This document shows, piece after piece, positions 8,052 to 17,193 of a stretch of 64,000 nt of DNA. The stretch spans positions 1 through 64,000 of the forward strand of contig JAXHVD010000007.1 in NCBI GenBank assembly GCA_034189385.1. Reading direction: 5' to 3'. The notes beneath the pieces are model-generated. The model saw only the letters and a program-made list of their open reading frames with translations. It was not told the origin of the DNA and ran no database searches. Numbering within the stretch: the first letter of the stretch is position 1; each line of letters opens with the position of its first letter. Made by a program: the position numbers and the translations under genes. This DNA is from Thermodesulfobacteriota bacterium (GTDB lineage Bacteria; Desulfobacterota; Desulfobacteria; Desulfobacterales; C00003060).

Positions 8052-10637
8052 TCAATCGAGATAATCACCCTCCAGGGTCACACCGTCAAAGGTATCATAG
8101 GCGTGAATCATGACGTGCCACGTCCCTGGCATTGGAAATGGAATATGCACCATTTCAGCATTGCCCCACTGATAGGGCCGATAATCCCACTCATCGAGGG
8201 TAGGAACTGCATCATATCTCACGTAAAGATCCCCATCACCCATACCTCCGTACATGTCAAAGGCCAGTTCTGAAGCGCCCTCAGGCACGTCAATGGCAAA
8301 GTAAAGGGCATCTCCTAGTTCAGCCCAGAGATCAGGGGCTGACAACCCTCTGAAATAGGCCCCAAGGGTCACATCATCAAAACCCTCATAGGCATGAATC
8401 ATGACATGCCATGTCCCTGGAATTGGTGATGCAATCTTTACAATTTCGTCATTACCCACTGAATAAGGGCGGTAATCCCATTCGTCGAGGGTAGGGACCG
8501 CGCCATATCGAACGTGGACATCCCCGTCGCCTATGCCTCCGGAACTCTCGAGGGCAAGCTCAGAAACACTTGCCGGCACATCAATGGTGAAGTAGAGAGC
8601 ATCTCCCTGTTCAGCCCAAAGATCAGTCACAGGCCTGCCATGTTCCATTTCCACCAAATCGGCCGGGCCCTGATCCAGGGCCTGGGAGAAGGCCATGTAG
8701 CCAACAACCTCCCGGCAATGAAATGTTTCGCTGTCTTTGGACTGCTCTTCTGTAATCTTCACATCCACGCCATAGGCGTCTTTGTTGTTCCAGCGGACAT
8801 TGGCCGGATCACCTCCGTTAGTCGTCTGCATGTCGGCAACAAACACAGGGACCTTTCCATAGGTCTCACCCAAAGCAATAGTATGCCAGTTGTGTCTTAC
8901 CTTATTAGCGGTCCTGTTCACCTCAAAGGCCACTCCGTCAATTGTCCCTGACGAGGGCTCCCAGGCGATGTAAGAAATCGTCTCATGGGCATGTTCCCGT
9001 TGGTTCAGCTGCTGCTCCTGCATGCGAACCTCAAAGCCCGTGGTGCTGATATTTCGCATCCTGGTAGTCACGGCATCTGCTTCATTGTCACTACAGACTG
9101 CCGTTATCACCACGGGCGGCACTTCAAAATCCTGGCTGAAAAAAACCCTTTCAAAGGAGCTTGTCCGGTTCGTATCGAACCGACCGGCTTCCACCCTGGT
9201 TCCGTCGGGCAAGGTGTGAGCACCCTGCTCCATGACAATGTAGCCTGTGGTCTCCGGAGAATGGACGCCATCCTGATAATCCCACTCTTGGACACGAATC
9301 TCGAAACCGGTATCATCCACGTTTCGAATCCTCACCATACCAACATCCTCATCGCGGGAGCTCAACGACTTGGCCACCACAACCGGGTGGGAAAAGGCCT
9401 TGCCAAAGGGAATACGCTCCCAATCCCGAGGCAGATGGACATCGCCAATCTCTGCGTGCTCAGCTGGTCTATATGGCTGGCCGACGACGTCATGTAAGCC
9501 TATGCGGTAACTGCCCCAAGCGTCATTTGGGCCGGGAATGTTTAGATTAGTGCCTATTGTCTTTTCTATTACGGTCACTCTATAGCAAAAGGTCCATTTC
9601 ACTGTATTGTTGCCGTCGTATTCAGCCGATTCGTGTGAGTTTTCGAACGGCACTGTTGCGTAGGCATACGGTATTTCGAGGATATACTTGTATGCATCGC
9701 CCTCTGTTTTCAAGTACCGGCTCCCCTTGGTCTGCGCCTTAATTACCCTGTTACTCGGTTGAGAAAAGACCCATTTGAATGTCATCTCTTGTCCACCGGA
9801 GGGAATGCCGGGACCAAACACCATGAGCTTTAGGTCAGAAACCAGGGGCGTACCATATTGCCAGGTGTTGTGGCGCTTATCAGGCCCCGCATAATGAATG
9901 AGCTTGAACCACAAATTTGGAAGGAGCGGTTTCACAGAGAAGCCTCTATCAATGGATACCTTTGGTGGATAAGGGTGGGGGCCTTGAGTATAAGGCCAAT
10001 GGGGATTGTCATAGGTGCGCATAAACTCCCGGTGATCGTCCCAATAGTGGTAATCGGCATTGAACTGAAAAGACTTGGAGCTTTGGGGGCACTCCTGGCA
10101 AATAGCTTCTTGCTGCAACCATTCCTGTCTTGTGGTTGTGAGATTTACAGTAGTTACAAAGCGGTTATTGTCTCTTTGTGCGTCAGCATAGACCCTGTCG
10201 GGATCCGCCTCGATGCTTACCTGGTATGTTCCGTCGGGCAAATACATCGTGTGGTCTAGCCTCATCGACTGTTGCACCCTCAGTTTGTTCACTGTGAAAG
10301 AAACGGGCTCTATCTTTCCGGTCGCACTCAGGTAGTTAGACTGGTCAATCATCAACCTGCCAGGCGAGATCTCTACCTTGAAGGGCTGGCCCGCATCCTG
10401 AGAGCCTATGTTCCTTACTGTAAATGAGAAGGTTACAAAGAAGTTACCCTGTTTGTGGGCGGGTTTTCTAAACACGTCGAAGCCCTCAATGGCCAGATCT
10501 ACAGCCAATGCTTCACCGTTCACAGGGAAGACCATCAACACAACAATCAATAAGATGGCTGTCACCAAACTTCGTCCCGCGAACCAGCAGAGTCTTGGAT
10601 AAACAAACCCTTTCTTGGTTCTCATCTTTGCTTTCAT
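8052..10637 (-). CDS. Secreted multidomain protein: CARDB-like Ig, unknown domain, three lectin-like repeats, two PPC domains
   Basis: Signal peptide; DLAI..FTVRNIGSQDAG..ADPDRVYADAQRDNN (CARDB-like); lectin-like module shared with 5549-7639; two FxIDVP..GGxGDGDLYVRY..PT..WDYRPY..GNxE..PGTWHVMIHAY PPC units. Confidence 0.8.
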   Translation of the reverse strand: MKAKMRTKKGFVYPRLCWFAGRSLVTAILLIVVLMVFPVNGEALAVDLAIEGFDVFRKPAHKQGNFFVTFSFTVRNIGSQDAGQPFKVEISPGRLMIDQSNYLSATGKIEPVSFTVNKLRVQQSMRLDHTMYLPDGTYQVSIEADPDRVYADAQRDNNRFVTTVNLTTTRQEWLQQEAICQECPQSSKSFQFNADYHYWDDHREFMRTYDNPHWPYTQGPHPYPPKVSIDRGFSVKPLLPNLWFKLIHYAGPDKRHNTWQYGTPLVSDLKLMVFGPGIPSGGQEMTFKWVFSQPSNRVIKAQTKGSRYLKTEGDAYKYILEIPYAYATVPFENSHESAEYDGNNTVKWTFCYRVTVIEKTIGTNLNIPGPNDAWGSYRIGLHDVVGQPYRPAEHAEIGDVHLPRDWERIPFGKAFSHPVVVAKSLSSRDEDVGMVRIRNVDDTGFEIRVQEWDYQDGVHSPETTGYIVMEQGAHTLPDGTRVEAGRFDTNRTSSFERVFFSQDFEVPPVVITAVCSDNEADAVTTRMRNISTTGFEVRMQEQQLNQREHAHETISYIAWEPSSGTIDGVAFEVNRTANKVRHNWHTIALGETYGKVPVFVADMQTTNGGDPANVRWNNKDAYGVDVKITEEQSKDSETFHCREVVGYMAFSQALDQGPADLVEMEHGRPVTDLWAEQGDALYFTIDVPASVSELALESSGGIGDGDVHVRYGAVPTLDEWDYRPYSVGNDEIVKIASPIPGTWHVMIHAYEGFDDVTLGAYFRGLSAPDLWAELGDALYFAIDVPEGASELAFDMYGGMGDGDLYVRYDAVPTLDEWDYRPYQWGNAEMVHIPFPMPGTWHVMIHAYDTFDGVTLEGDYLD

Positions 10638-10703
10638 GGCCTTTCTCCTTTCGCTTCTCTGGATGTTTGCCTTTTGTTGCTGTCGGGTTTTCCTCTACTA
10701 ATT

Positions 10704-10720
10704 GGCAACGATCGTGCCAA
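10704..10720 (-). promoter_or_regulatory. Sigma-54 promoter (cassette copy 2)
   Basis: Minus strand TTGGCACGATCGTTGCC upstream of the ATG at 10637. Confidence 0.85.
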
Positions 10721-11136
10721 GGCAGCAGGGGCGACACATTTTGCCACAACCGACTGAAATCAGGACATAATTCAACCTAAAGGCAGGTTCGCCTGTTGTC
10801 CAGGGACGCTCTTAGCCTCACCATATTCAACCAGGTTAGTGATATCTCGCTGGTCAGGTGAAATATCCCGACTGTCAGTGTGGCGGGAGGGTGGAGACAC
10901 ATGGAAAGAGAAAAGAAAGGGCGTAGAGTGGGTGACGGGCAAGAGCCAGCTGATTTGACAGCTTCCTGACAATCCCCAAAAAAAGCCAGGAGAATCAGAA
11001 CGGATTTCTGAGGCTACCGTTAAAGTTAACCCCCTATATTACGAGTCGTCGCAACAGGTTTGAGGACTTGGAGGATCACATTTCCAATCGACGAAAACGT
11101 GTCTGATAACGATCTCCACTCACTTCTCCACAAACC

Positions 11137-11823
11137 TCAGTCTTGCACTACGTCTTCCTTGATGAACCTACGTCGTGGTTTTACTCTCTTTTCGAACAGC
11201 TCTATCCAGCCCGCCACTCGACTTTGGCCGTAGGCCTTCTCCCATGCCACCACAATTCGCCCAACAGGAATATCGGCGTAGCTGCCATGGAAGGCCACGT
11301 ACTCCATGAACTTCTTCTTTTCCAAGTTGTAGGACTGAAAAATAGAATCCTCACGACCGTTGAACTCTAGGGGCTCAACGTTATGCCTTTTACAAATTTC
11401 GGCGTTGAAGGCTGGGGTTGCCTTTACCCATTTCCCGTCCAGGAAGAACTCGTTAAACCCGTGGTACACGAATAGATCCGACCCCAAAAAATTCAAGAGT
11501 TGGCGTGTCGCTAGGTGATTACGGACCGTAGCGAATCCAACCCGCGATGGGATACCGCAAGCCCTGCTCAGAGCGCACAAAAGGGATGTCTTGGACACAC
11601 AGTAGCCCCGGCCGTCTCGGAGGACATTGCTCGCCCGATAGTGTTCGGGCCGGTAGAAGGGATAGTAGGGGTCGTATCGAATTCCGTCTCGTACAGCGTA
11701 ATAGAGGTTAACGGCCTGTTCGAACGGGTTGTTGGCCTTATCGACTACTTCCCTTGCATATTCAATGATCGGTTTGCTGTCACTGTCTATGATGTCCGTG
11801 GGCGCAAGATAGATTTGGTCCAT
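11137..11823 (-). CDS. Transglutaminase-like (Cys-His) protein
   Basis: VRDGIRYDPY, GYCVSKTSLLCALSRACGIPSRVGFATVRNHL and FVYHG..WVKATPAFN motifs; GGAG RBS before the ATG at 11823. Confidence 0.9.
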   Translation of the reverse strand: MDQIYLAPTDIIDSDSKPIIEYAREVVDKANNPFEQAVNLYYAVRDGIRYDPYYPFYRPEHYRASNVLRDGRGYCVSKTSLLCALSRACGIPSRVGFATVRNHLATRQLLNFLGSDLFVYHGFNEFFLDGKWVKATPAFNAEICKRHNVEPLEFNGREDSIFQSYNLEKKKFMEYVAFHGSYADIPVGRIVVAWEKAYGQSRVAGWIELFEKRVKPRRRFIKEDVVQD

Positions 11824-11836
11824 AAGAAACTCCTTT

Positions 11837-13192
11837 TTATTCGTTGAATTTTCCAAAAACCAAACAACCGTTTGTGCCACCGAAACCAAACGAATTGGAA
11901 ACAGCAATATTGATTATGGACTCGTGCGCCTGATTCCTAACATAATGGAGCCCCAGGCAATCCTCACTTGGATCATCAAGGTTAAGTGTGGGGGGCACAA
12001 CGTCTCTCTTTACAGACAGCACGGTAAGCACCGCTTCAACCGCGCCAGCAGCTCCCAGGGCATGACCAATTTGCGATTTGTTTGCCGTAATCATCGGCGA
12101 CCCATTGTCTTTCCCAAAAACACTCATGATCGCCATAGCTTCGTTGGCATCCCCTTTAGGAGTAGAGGTCGCGTGACAATTGATCAAGTCAACTTCCTCA
12201 GGAGAAATCCCCGCATCCTTAAGCGCAAGTGTCATGCAATTGCGAGCACCATCGCCGTTGGGTTCTGTAATGTGGTAAGCATCAGCCGTCTCGCTGTAGC
12301 CCAGGACTTCTGCATATATTCTGGCATTACGTTCCTGGGCGCTCTTGAGGGTTTCCAAAACAAATATTCCCGCCCCTTCAGACATCACAAAACCTCTGCG
12401 ATTGTTGTCGAATGGTCGAGAAGCTTTTGTTGGTGCACCATTGGCAGGTGCAACGGCATTGAGAGAATAGAAACCGTAGAGACTCAAAGGTGTTACCGCT
12501 GCCTCACTACCCCCAGCAATGACAATCTCACTGTAGCCGGCTTGCACTGCCCGGAACGCTTGACCTATGGCGTGAGCACCTGCTGCACATGCGGTAGTGA
12601 TACATAAGTTCATACCCTGAGCGCCCAACAGAATGCTAACATTGCTACTGGCTAGATTTGCCAGGGTCCGTGGAATTAAGAAAGGGGATAGTTTTTTTCC
12701 GGCCAGCATTCTACGGTGTTGTTCCTCCCATGTTTGAGTCCCACCTCGCCCAGAGCCGATAATCACCCCGACCTTTTCTTCATCTACAAGCGGTAGAGCA
12801 ATCCCTGAATCGGCAACTGCTTCCAAACTAGCCGCGCAAGCATATTCGATGAAGGGATCCATCTGTTTGATTCGTTTTAAGTCTGTTCTATCACAGTTCG
12901 ATTTTCGCTCTTTCAGTATCTCTCTGATGTCAAAATCTTCGATCTCACCGGCCATGAAGGGAAAATCTGACGGTAAATTATAGAGATTCTTCATCTCATC
13001 CAGGTCACCCCATTTTCGAATCTGGCCAATGCCTGATTTACCTTCAAGAAGATTTTGCCAGGTTGTGGCCACCTCATTACCCAAAGGCGTAACCAGCCCC
13101 AATCCTGATATGACAACCCTGTTCTTCTCTTTTCCTCTTGTCATTGCGTAGATAGACTCCCTTTTTCTTACGGTTTCCTGTTCTATATCCAT
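11837..13192 (-). CDS. fabF: Beta-ketoacyl-ACP synthase II family ketosynthase
   Basis: RVVISGLGLVTPLG, TACAAG (Cys), HATST, GHALGAAG and SNSFGFGGTN; alternative start ATG at 13144. Confidence 0.9.
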   Translation of the reverse strand: MDIEQETVRKRESIYAMTRGKEKNRVVISGLGLVTPLGNEVATTWQNLLEGKSGIGQIRKWGDLDEMKNLYNLPSDFPFMAGEIEDFDIREILKERKSNCDRTDLKRIKQMDPFIEYACAASLEAVADSGIALPLVDEEKVGVIIGSGRGGTQTWEEQHRRMLAGKKLSPFLIPRTLANLASSNVSILLGAQGMNLCITTACAAGAHAIGQAFRAVQAGYSEIVIAGGSEAAVTPLSLYGFYSLNAVAPANGAPTKASRPFDNNRRGFVMSEGAGIFVLETLKSAQERNARIYAEVLGYSETADAYHITEPNGDGARNCMTLALKDAGISPEEVDLINCHATSTPKGDANEAMAIMSVFGKDNGSPMITANKSQIGHALGAAGAVEAVLTVLSVKRDVVPPTLNLDDPSEDCLGLHYVRNQAHESIINIAVSNSFGFGGTNGCLVFGKFNE

Positions 13193-14109
13193 TTTGGCCC
13201 CACCGAAGGTGCCAGGTGACCGGCATTGCTAGCGCGAGACAGAGCCCTTAGATCCGTAGTGTCATACCGTGCCTCTTTCTTGCGCGCCGTGATGAAAACA
13301 GTTTTCCGCGGTAGAGACTCAGTCACTGTCTCTTCAATGCTCCGGACGAACATTTCCCGCTGGGCACATGCCGGAATATCAGCAGCCATCATCGAATCTG
13401 CCATGCCGGGCACCTGCACAAAGGCCAGCACAGCCTCCTTTGATAAGGTGAAAACCTTCTCTTCCATCCTGACGTCGATGAATCCTGCTTGTTCCACGAT
13501 CGTGAAGTAGTAGTCCGGGGTGTGCTTTAACATCTTCTTCCGCGTACCCATGGTCTCAGGAAATTTCTCCTTTGCCAATCTGTGAGCACCTAGAATCGCC
13601 TTCCAATAGACTCTCCGAGCCTCTCGTGGAATAGCACCCTCGTACACTGTCGAACTGAAAGCAAGTATCCCACCGTCCGGTAGTTTCTCGTACCATTCCC
13701 GCATCGCCCCTAACAAGTCCTCTAAGAGATGCACCAAGTTAAAAGCGACAATTGCATGAATCGGATCTTCTTCGACTACGGTGGCAATCCGATTAGCATC
13801 TCCGACCCGAAACTCAATCGGCAGACCATTCGAGACTTTCTCTCGGGCATAGCGAACCATGGATTCAGAGTAATCGACGCCAATAACGCGACCTTTGGTT
13901 TCAAGGATTTCTTTTATTAAAAGCAGGCTATTCACACCAGTTCCACTTCCAGCGTCCACTACTGTCTGTCCGGAGTGGAGCCCTCTTTCCTTCAAAAGAG
14001 AGACGAGATGCTTATTGGCATTCCAATATCCGGGATCTTGGGCCAAGCAATCATAAAGATTTGCCGCCTCTGACTCGTTCCAACAAATGTTTGTAAGCGT
14101 AGTTTCCAT
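13183..14109 (-). CDS. Class I SAM-dependent methyltransferase
   Basis: VVDAGSGTG motif I, VIGVDYSESMV, GDA, LPDGGILAF. Confidence 0.9.
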   Translation of the reverse strand: METTLTNICWNESEAANLYDCLAQDPGYWNANKHLVSLLKERGLHSGQTVVDAGSGTGVNSLLLIKEILETKGRVIGVDYSESMVRYAREKVSNGLPIEFRVGDANRIATVVEEDPIHAIVAFNLVHLLEDLLGAMREWYEKLPDGGILAFSSTVYEGAIPREARRVYWKAILGAHRLAKEKFPETMGTRKKMLKHTPDYYFTIVEQAGFIDVRMEEKVFTLSKEAVLAFVQVPGMADSMMAADIPACAQREMFVRSIEETVTESLPRKTVFITARKKEARYDTTDLRALSRASNAGHLAPSVGPKWI

Positions 14110-14172
14110 GTTTTCTCTCCTTTCCTGTTCTTTTGGGTCTTCACACTTGCCTCGTACAAAGTCTTGAGGTGC

Positions 14173-14334
14173 TTAGTTCCTGGCATACATGAAGCTGTAG
14201 ATAGCCGTGTTCTCCCAGATCAGAACGATTTCCCTGGCCATGCCTCCCGGCATGATTCTGGACAGCCTGCAGTAGACATGCAGGCTGTTTAGGTTGTGGT
14301 GCAGCCAGTTTCTGATCTCCCCTGCTCCTTGCAT
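14173..14334 (-). CDS. 53-aa microprotein, copy 1 (MQGAGEIRNWLHHNLNSLHVYCRL...)
   Basis: GGAGGGG RBS; near-identical copy at 16660-16821 with frame and stop position preserved. Confidence 0.7.
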   Translation of the reverse strand: MQGAGEIRNWLHHNLNSLHVYCRLSRIMPGGMAREIVLIWENTAIYSFMYARN

Positions 14335-14401
14335 CCTTTTCCCCTCCGTTCTCGTTCTCTCAATATTCACTTTCTTGTCGTCGGGTTTTACCCTACTAAT
14401 T

Positions 14402-14418
14402 GGCAACGATCGTGCCAA
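14402..14418 (-). promoter_or_regulatory. Sigma-54 promoter (cassette copy 3)
   Basis: Minus strand TTGGCACGATCGTTGCC. Confidence 0.85.
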
Positions 14419-14745
14419 AGGAGCGAGGACACGCCACTTGGCCGCAACCGACTGAGATCAAAATATAATTGGATCTGAAGCCAGATTCGCCCATTGTCCT
14501 GCTCCTCCTTTGGGGTAGCTATATTTAACCGCGCTAGTGATATCTCAACGGCCAGGTGAAATATCCCGACTGTTTATGTGGTGCGGGGGAATCCGAGTTC
14601 ATGGAATGAGAGAAAGGAAGGGGTAGGCGAATGAGTGCCACGAGCCGGGTTCTTTGACAGCCTCCTGACAAGCCACAAAAAAGCCAGGAGAATCAGCATG
14701 GATTCCCCTGGCTCAGAAGTTAGAGGCATTTTTGGAATTTCTCAA

Positions 14746-14823
14746 ATCAATCGAGATAACAACCTTCCAGCGTCACACCATCAAAGGCCTCATAGGCATG
14801 AATCATGACATGCCACGTCCCTG
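14746..14823 (-). pseudogene. Remnant 3' tail of a PPC-domain gene
   Basis: Encodes GTWHVMIHAYEAFDGVTLEGCYLD*, homologous to the end of 8052-10637 (GTWHVMIHAYDTFDGVTLEGDYLD*). Confidence 0.75.
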
Positions 14824-15690
14824 CCGCCTTGAGTTAACCCGTCCATACGGGTTGTCTTCTTCAGGGGGAGCAACGATTTCCACAGTTTCTTCTAGTTCCT
14901 CTTCTTCAAGAGAATGCCAACTTCCTCCCGCTTGTTCAGTTTCCGCCATTTCAGGCGGCAGAGGAATGCCCTCAGCTTTCATAGCATTGGCAATATACTC
15001 AAATTGCGCTGGAGGTAAATGTTTCATAACTTCCCCAATGTCAAGTGGACTAGCATTCCTTATAGCTTCCTCCATGGCTTCCATTACTTTAGGTAGAGGC
15101 CCAAACACTGCTGTTTCCTCCATAGATTCTATTACTTCAGGCGGAGGCTCAAATTCTGCCGCTTGCTCCATGGCTTCTAGTACCTCAAACGGAGCTGTGA
15201 TGTCCGTACCAATGTGATGCTGTAAGTCCCTCTCCTGATAGATTTGTTGAAAAGAACTTCCGTTGGCTTTACTGGTGGCGGAAACAGTGATAATTTTCTC
15301 AAGATTGCCGTTGATGTCAAAAATACAAGCGTAATTAACTCCACGTAGTATTCTTTTAACTGCTTCGTTTAGAGGCAAAGACTGAAACCTAACAGATATG
15401 GGATGTTCTAGCAGATTTTCCTGAATAATAAATGCCAACTTAGTCTTTTCGTGGAGCTTCTGCACAAGAGTTCCCAGGGGCGTGCCTTCAGAGTTAAGAG
15501 ATAGTCTACCATTATCCGAAAACTCCAAGGAGAAAGCTGAACTGCTCTTTGAGGCCTGGACCTGTGAACTTAGTAAAATGATGCCCAAGAAAAATACTGA
15601 AAGCGATAAGAAGCACCATCGCATGAGGATGTTGACAGGTCTGAACTTGAAATTCTTTAAAGAATTATTGGACTTGTTAATAAGTGTCAT
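14803..15690 (-). CDS. Exported protein with a secretin/TonB N-terminal (STN/N0)-like domain and acidic repeats
   Basis: Signal peptide ending QVQA; LSLNSEGTPLGTLVQKL..ISVRFQSLPLNEAVKRILRGVNY; GGGAGG RBS. Confidence 0.65.
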   Translation of the reverse strand: MTLINKSNNSLKNFKFRPVNILMRWCFLSLSVFFLGIILLSSQVQASKSSSAFSLEFSDNGRLSLNSEGTPLGTLVQKLHEKTKLAFIIQENLLEHPISVRFQSLPLNEAVKRILRGVNYACIFDINGNLEKIITVSATSKANGSSFQQIYQERDLQHHIGTDITAPFEVLEAMEQAAEFEPPPEVIESMEETAVFGPLPKVMEAMEEAIRNASPLDIGEVMKHLPPAQFEYIANAMKAEGIPLPPEMAETEQAGGSWHSLEEEELEETVEIVAPPEEDNPYGRVNSRRQGRGMS

Positions 15691-15869
15691 TTCAATACCC
15701 TCCCATTATAGAATTGGATCACGTTACTGATGGTCATCATCCTTATGCTGCCTGTGAGTAAACAGAATGTGCAATTGTTCTTTGAAAAAGATCTTTGTGC
15801 CAACAATCAGTTAAGAAATCATGTGTGACGGGTAGCAAAAAACAGTTCGCAGAAGTCGAAACGCCGTTG

Positions 15870-15900
15870 TGTGGCGCTCGCCACTATGGCGAGCGCCACA
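15870..15900. terminator. Perfect 14-bp stem-loop downstream of 15912-16595
   Basis: TGTGGCGCTCGCCA-CTA-TGGCGAGCGCCACA; no U-tract on the gene strand. Confidence 0.55.
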
Positions 15901-15911
15901 GAAGAAAGCAT

Positions 15912-16595
15912 TTATCGAGGAACAAGGTCCTCTCTCAAAAACCAATTTTCCATGCTTCTGCCCACAAGTTCTACACAAAACATAGGCGTAGTAAGGTCAA
16001 CCTTGTATACGTAGACGTCGACTTTCATCCAATTCGCATTGGCTGTATTGGCTGCTGTCGCTGAATCCAGATGACCATAACTCCACGGCGTAATAGTCCA
16101 CCATTCATAGTATCCGGGAAGAAACCCAGTGTTGGTATACCCTGCTAAATGCTTGACAACACCGTAAAGAAAATCACCTATTCCTATATTTTTAGCAACG
16201 AGGTGGCTCGGCCAATAACGGGACATGCCATCGTACCGACCGTCTGATCGCTTCCACGCACGAAATTTTGAGAAATGTTGATTGAATGCCCAGCCATTTT
16301 GCCAATAAGGATATGACTTATGAATTTTCAAATAAGGATCAGGTTCAATAGGGTTCACAGGAATTGTTACATCGATAACAGAATCGGACGTCGAGGAGAT
16401 TTGGATATCACCGAAATTCGTCACGTAGTTCGAATATTTATCCGGATTCCGGGGACTTTTCTTCTCCCAAAACTCGTAATTGGTTCCTGCTGATGCGAGT
16501 GTAGGAAGACCCCCCAACACGACTCCTGCCAACAAGGCTATTATCGCTAACATTCCAAGATTACTTCTGACCTTAGTCATACAGTTTTTTTTCAT
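15912..16595 (-). CDS. Secreted hypothetical protein (Trp/Tyr-rich)
   Basis: AAGGAGG RBS before the ATG at 16595; signal peptide MKKN..LAIIALLAGVVLGGLPTLASA. Confidence 0.7.
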   Translation of the reverse strand: MKKNCMTKVRSNLGMLAIIALLAGVVLGGLPTLASAGTNYEFWEKKSPRNPDKYSNYVTNFGDIQISSTSDSVIDVTIPVNPIEPDPYLKIHKSYPYWQNGWAFNQHFSKFRAWKRSDGRYDGMSRYWPSHLVAKNIGIGDFLYGVVKHLAGYTNTGFLPGYYEWWTITPWSYGHLDSATAANTANANWMKVDVYVYKVDLTTPMFCVELVGRSMENWFLREDLVPR

Positions 16596-16659
16596 TTTCC
16601 TGTCCTCCTTTGTCCTTTTTTTGGTCTTCATTCTTATCTCGTAGAGAGAGTTGAGGAGA

Positions 16660-16821
16660 TCAGTTCCTGGCATACATGAAGCTGTAGATAGCCGTGTTCT
16701 CCCAGAACAGAACGATTTCCCTGGCCATGCCTCCCGGCATGATTCTGGACAGCCTGCAGTAGACATGCAGGCTGTTTAGGTTGTGGTGCAGCCAGTTTCT
16801 GATCTCCCCTGCTCCCTGCAT
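16660..16821 (-). CDS. 53-aa microprotein, copy 2
   Basis: Differs from 14173-14334 at three positions (one silent, one I/F, stop TAA/TGA); absent from the ORF track because it is short. Confidence 0.7.
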   Translation of the reverse strand: MQGAGEIRNWLHHNLNSLHVYCRLSRIMPGGMAREIVLFWENTAIYSFMYARN

Positions 16822-16848
16822 TGTTTTCACTTTCTTTCTCCTTGGCCA

Positions 16849-17142
16849 TTAGCGGCACATGGCGCCAACCTGCTCTTCAATCTCTAGAGCGCAGGCAGCC
16901 TGCTCCGCAACCGGCACGTCTATATTGATGGTGTCAGTTGCCAGGTCTATGTCGACGGTTCCCCCGTGCCTCTGAACAACCGACCGAATGATCCATAACG
17001 AGAAGGCACGAAACCTTGCCTGTTCGCTGGTTGACCAGACGTAGTCTTCAGGTCTGTCCCGGGCGTCCAGGGCATATGATGGCTCTGTTCTGTTTCTCTC
17101 CTCTTCCCAGTTCTCGAATTCTCTCAGCCTTCTCATTGTCAT
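16849..17142 (-). CDS. Hypothetical protein (97 aa)
   Basis: GAGGAGG RBS before the ATG at 17142; directly downstream of sigma-54 promoter copy 4. Confidence 0.7.
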   Translation of the reverse strand: MTMRRLREFENWEEERNRTEPSYALDARDRPEDYVWSTSEQARFRAFSLWIIRSVVQRHGGTVDIDLATDTINIDVPVAEQAACALEIEEQVGAMCR

Positions 17143-17176
17143 TCCCTCCTCTCTGTGGGGTTTTGCCCTACTAATT

Positions 17177-17193
17177 GGCAACGATCGTGCCAA
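17177..17193 (-). promoter_or_regulatory. Sigma-54 promoter (cassette copy 4)
   Basis: Minus strand TTGGCACGATCGTTGCC; divergent from the activator gene. Confidence 0.85.

Larger units (their letters stand above)
7640..8128. repeat. Duplicated promoter cassette (homologous to 10638-11000 and 14380-14823)
   Basis: Colinear shared blocks CTACTAATTGGCAA.ATCGTGCCAA, GGTGAAATATCCCGACTGT, TTGACAGC.TCCTGACAA and AAGCCAGGAGAATCAG. Confidence 0.9.

Noticed and set aside
7751..10972. Similar short ORFs MSGGCQ (7751-7975) and MSGSCQ (10772-10972)
   Set aside because: They overlie the duplicated enhancer region, lengths and frames are not conserved and there is no RBS; the similarity is explained by the DNA duplication
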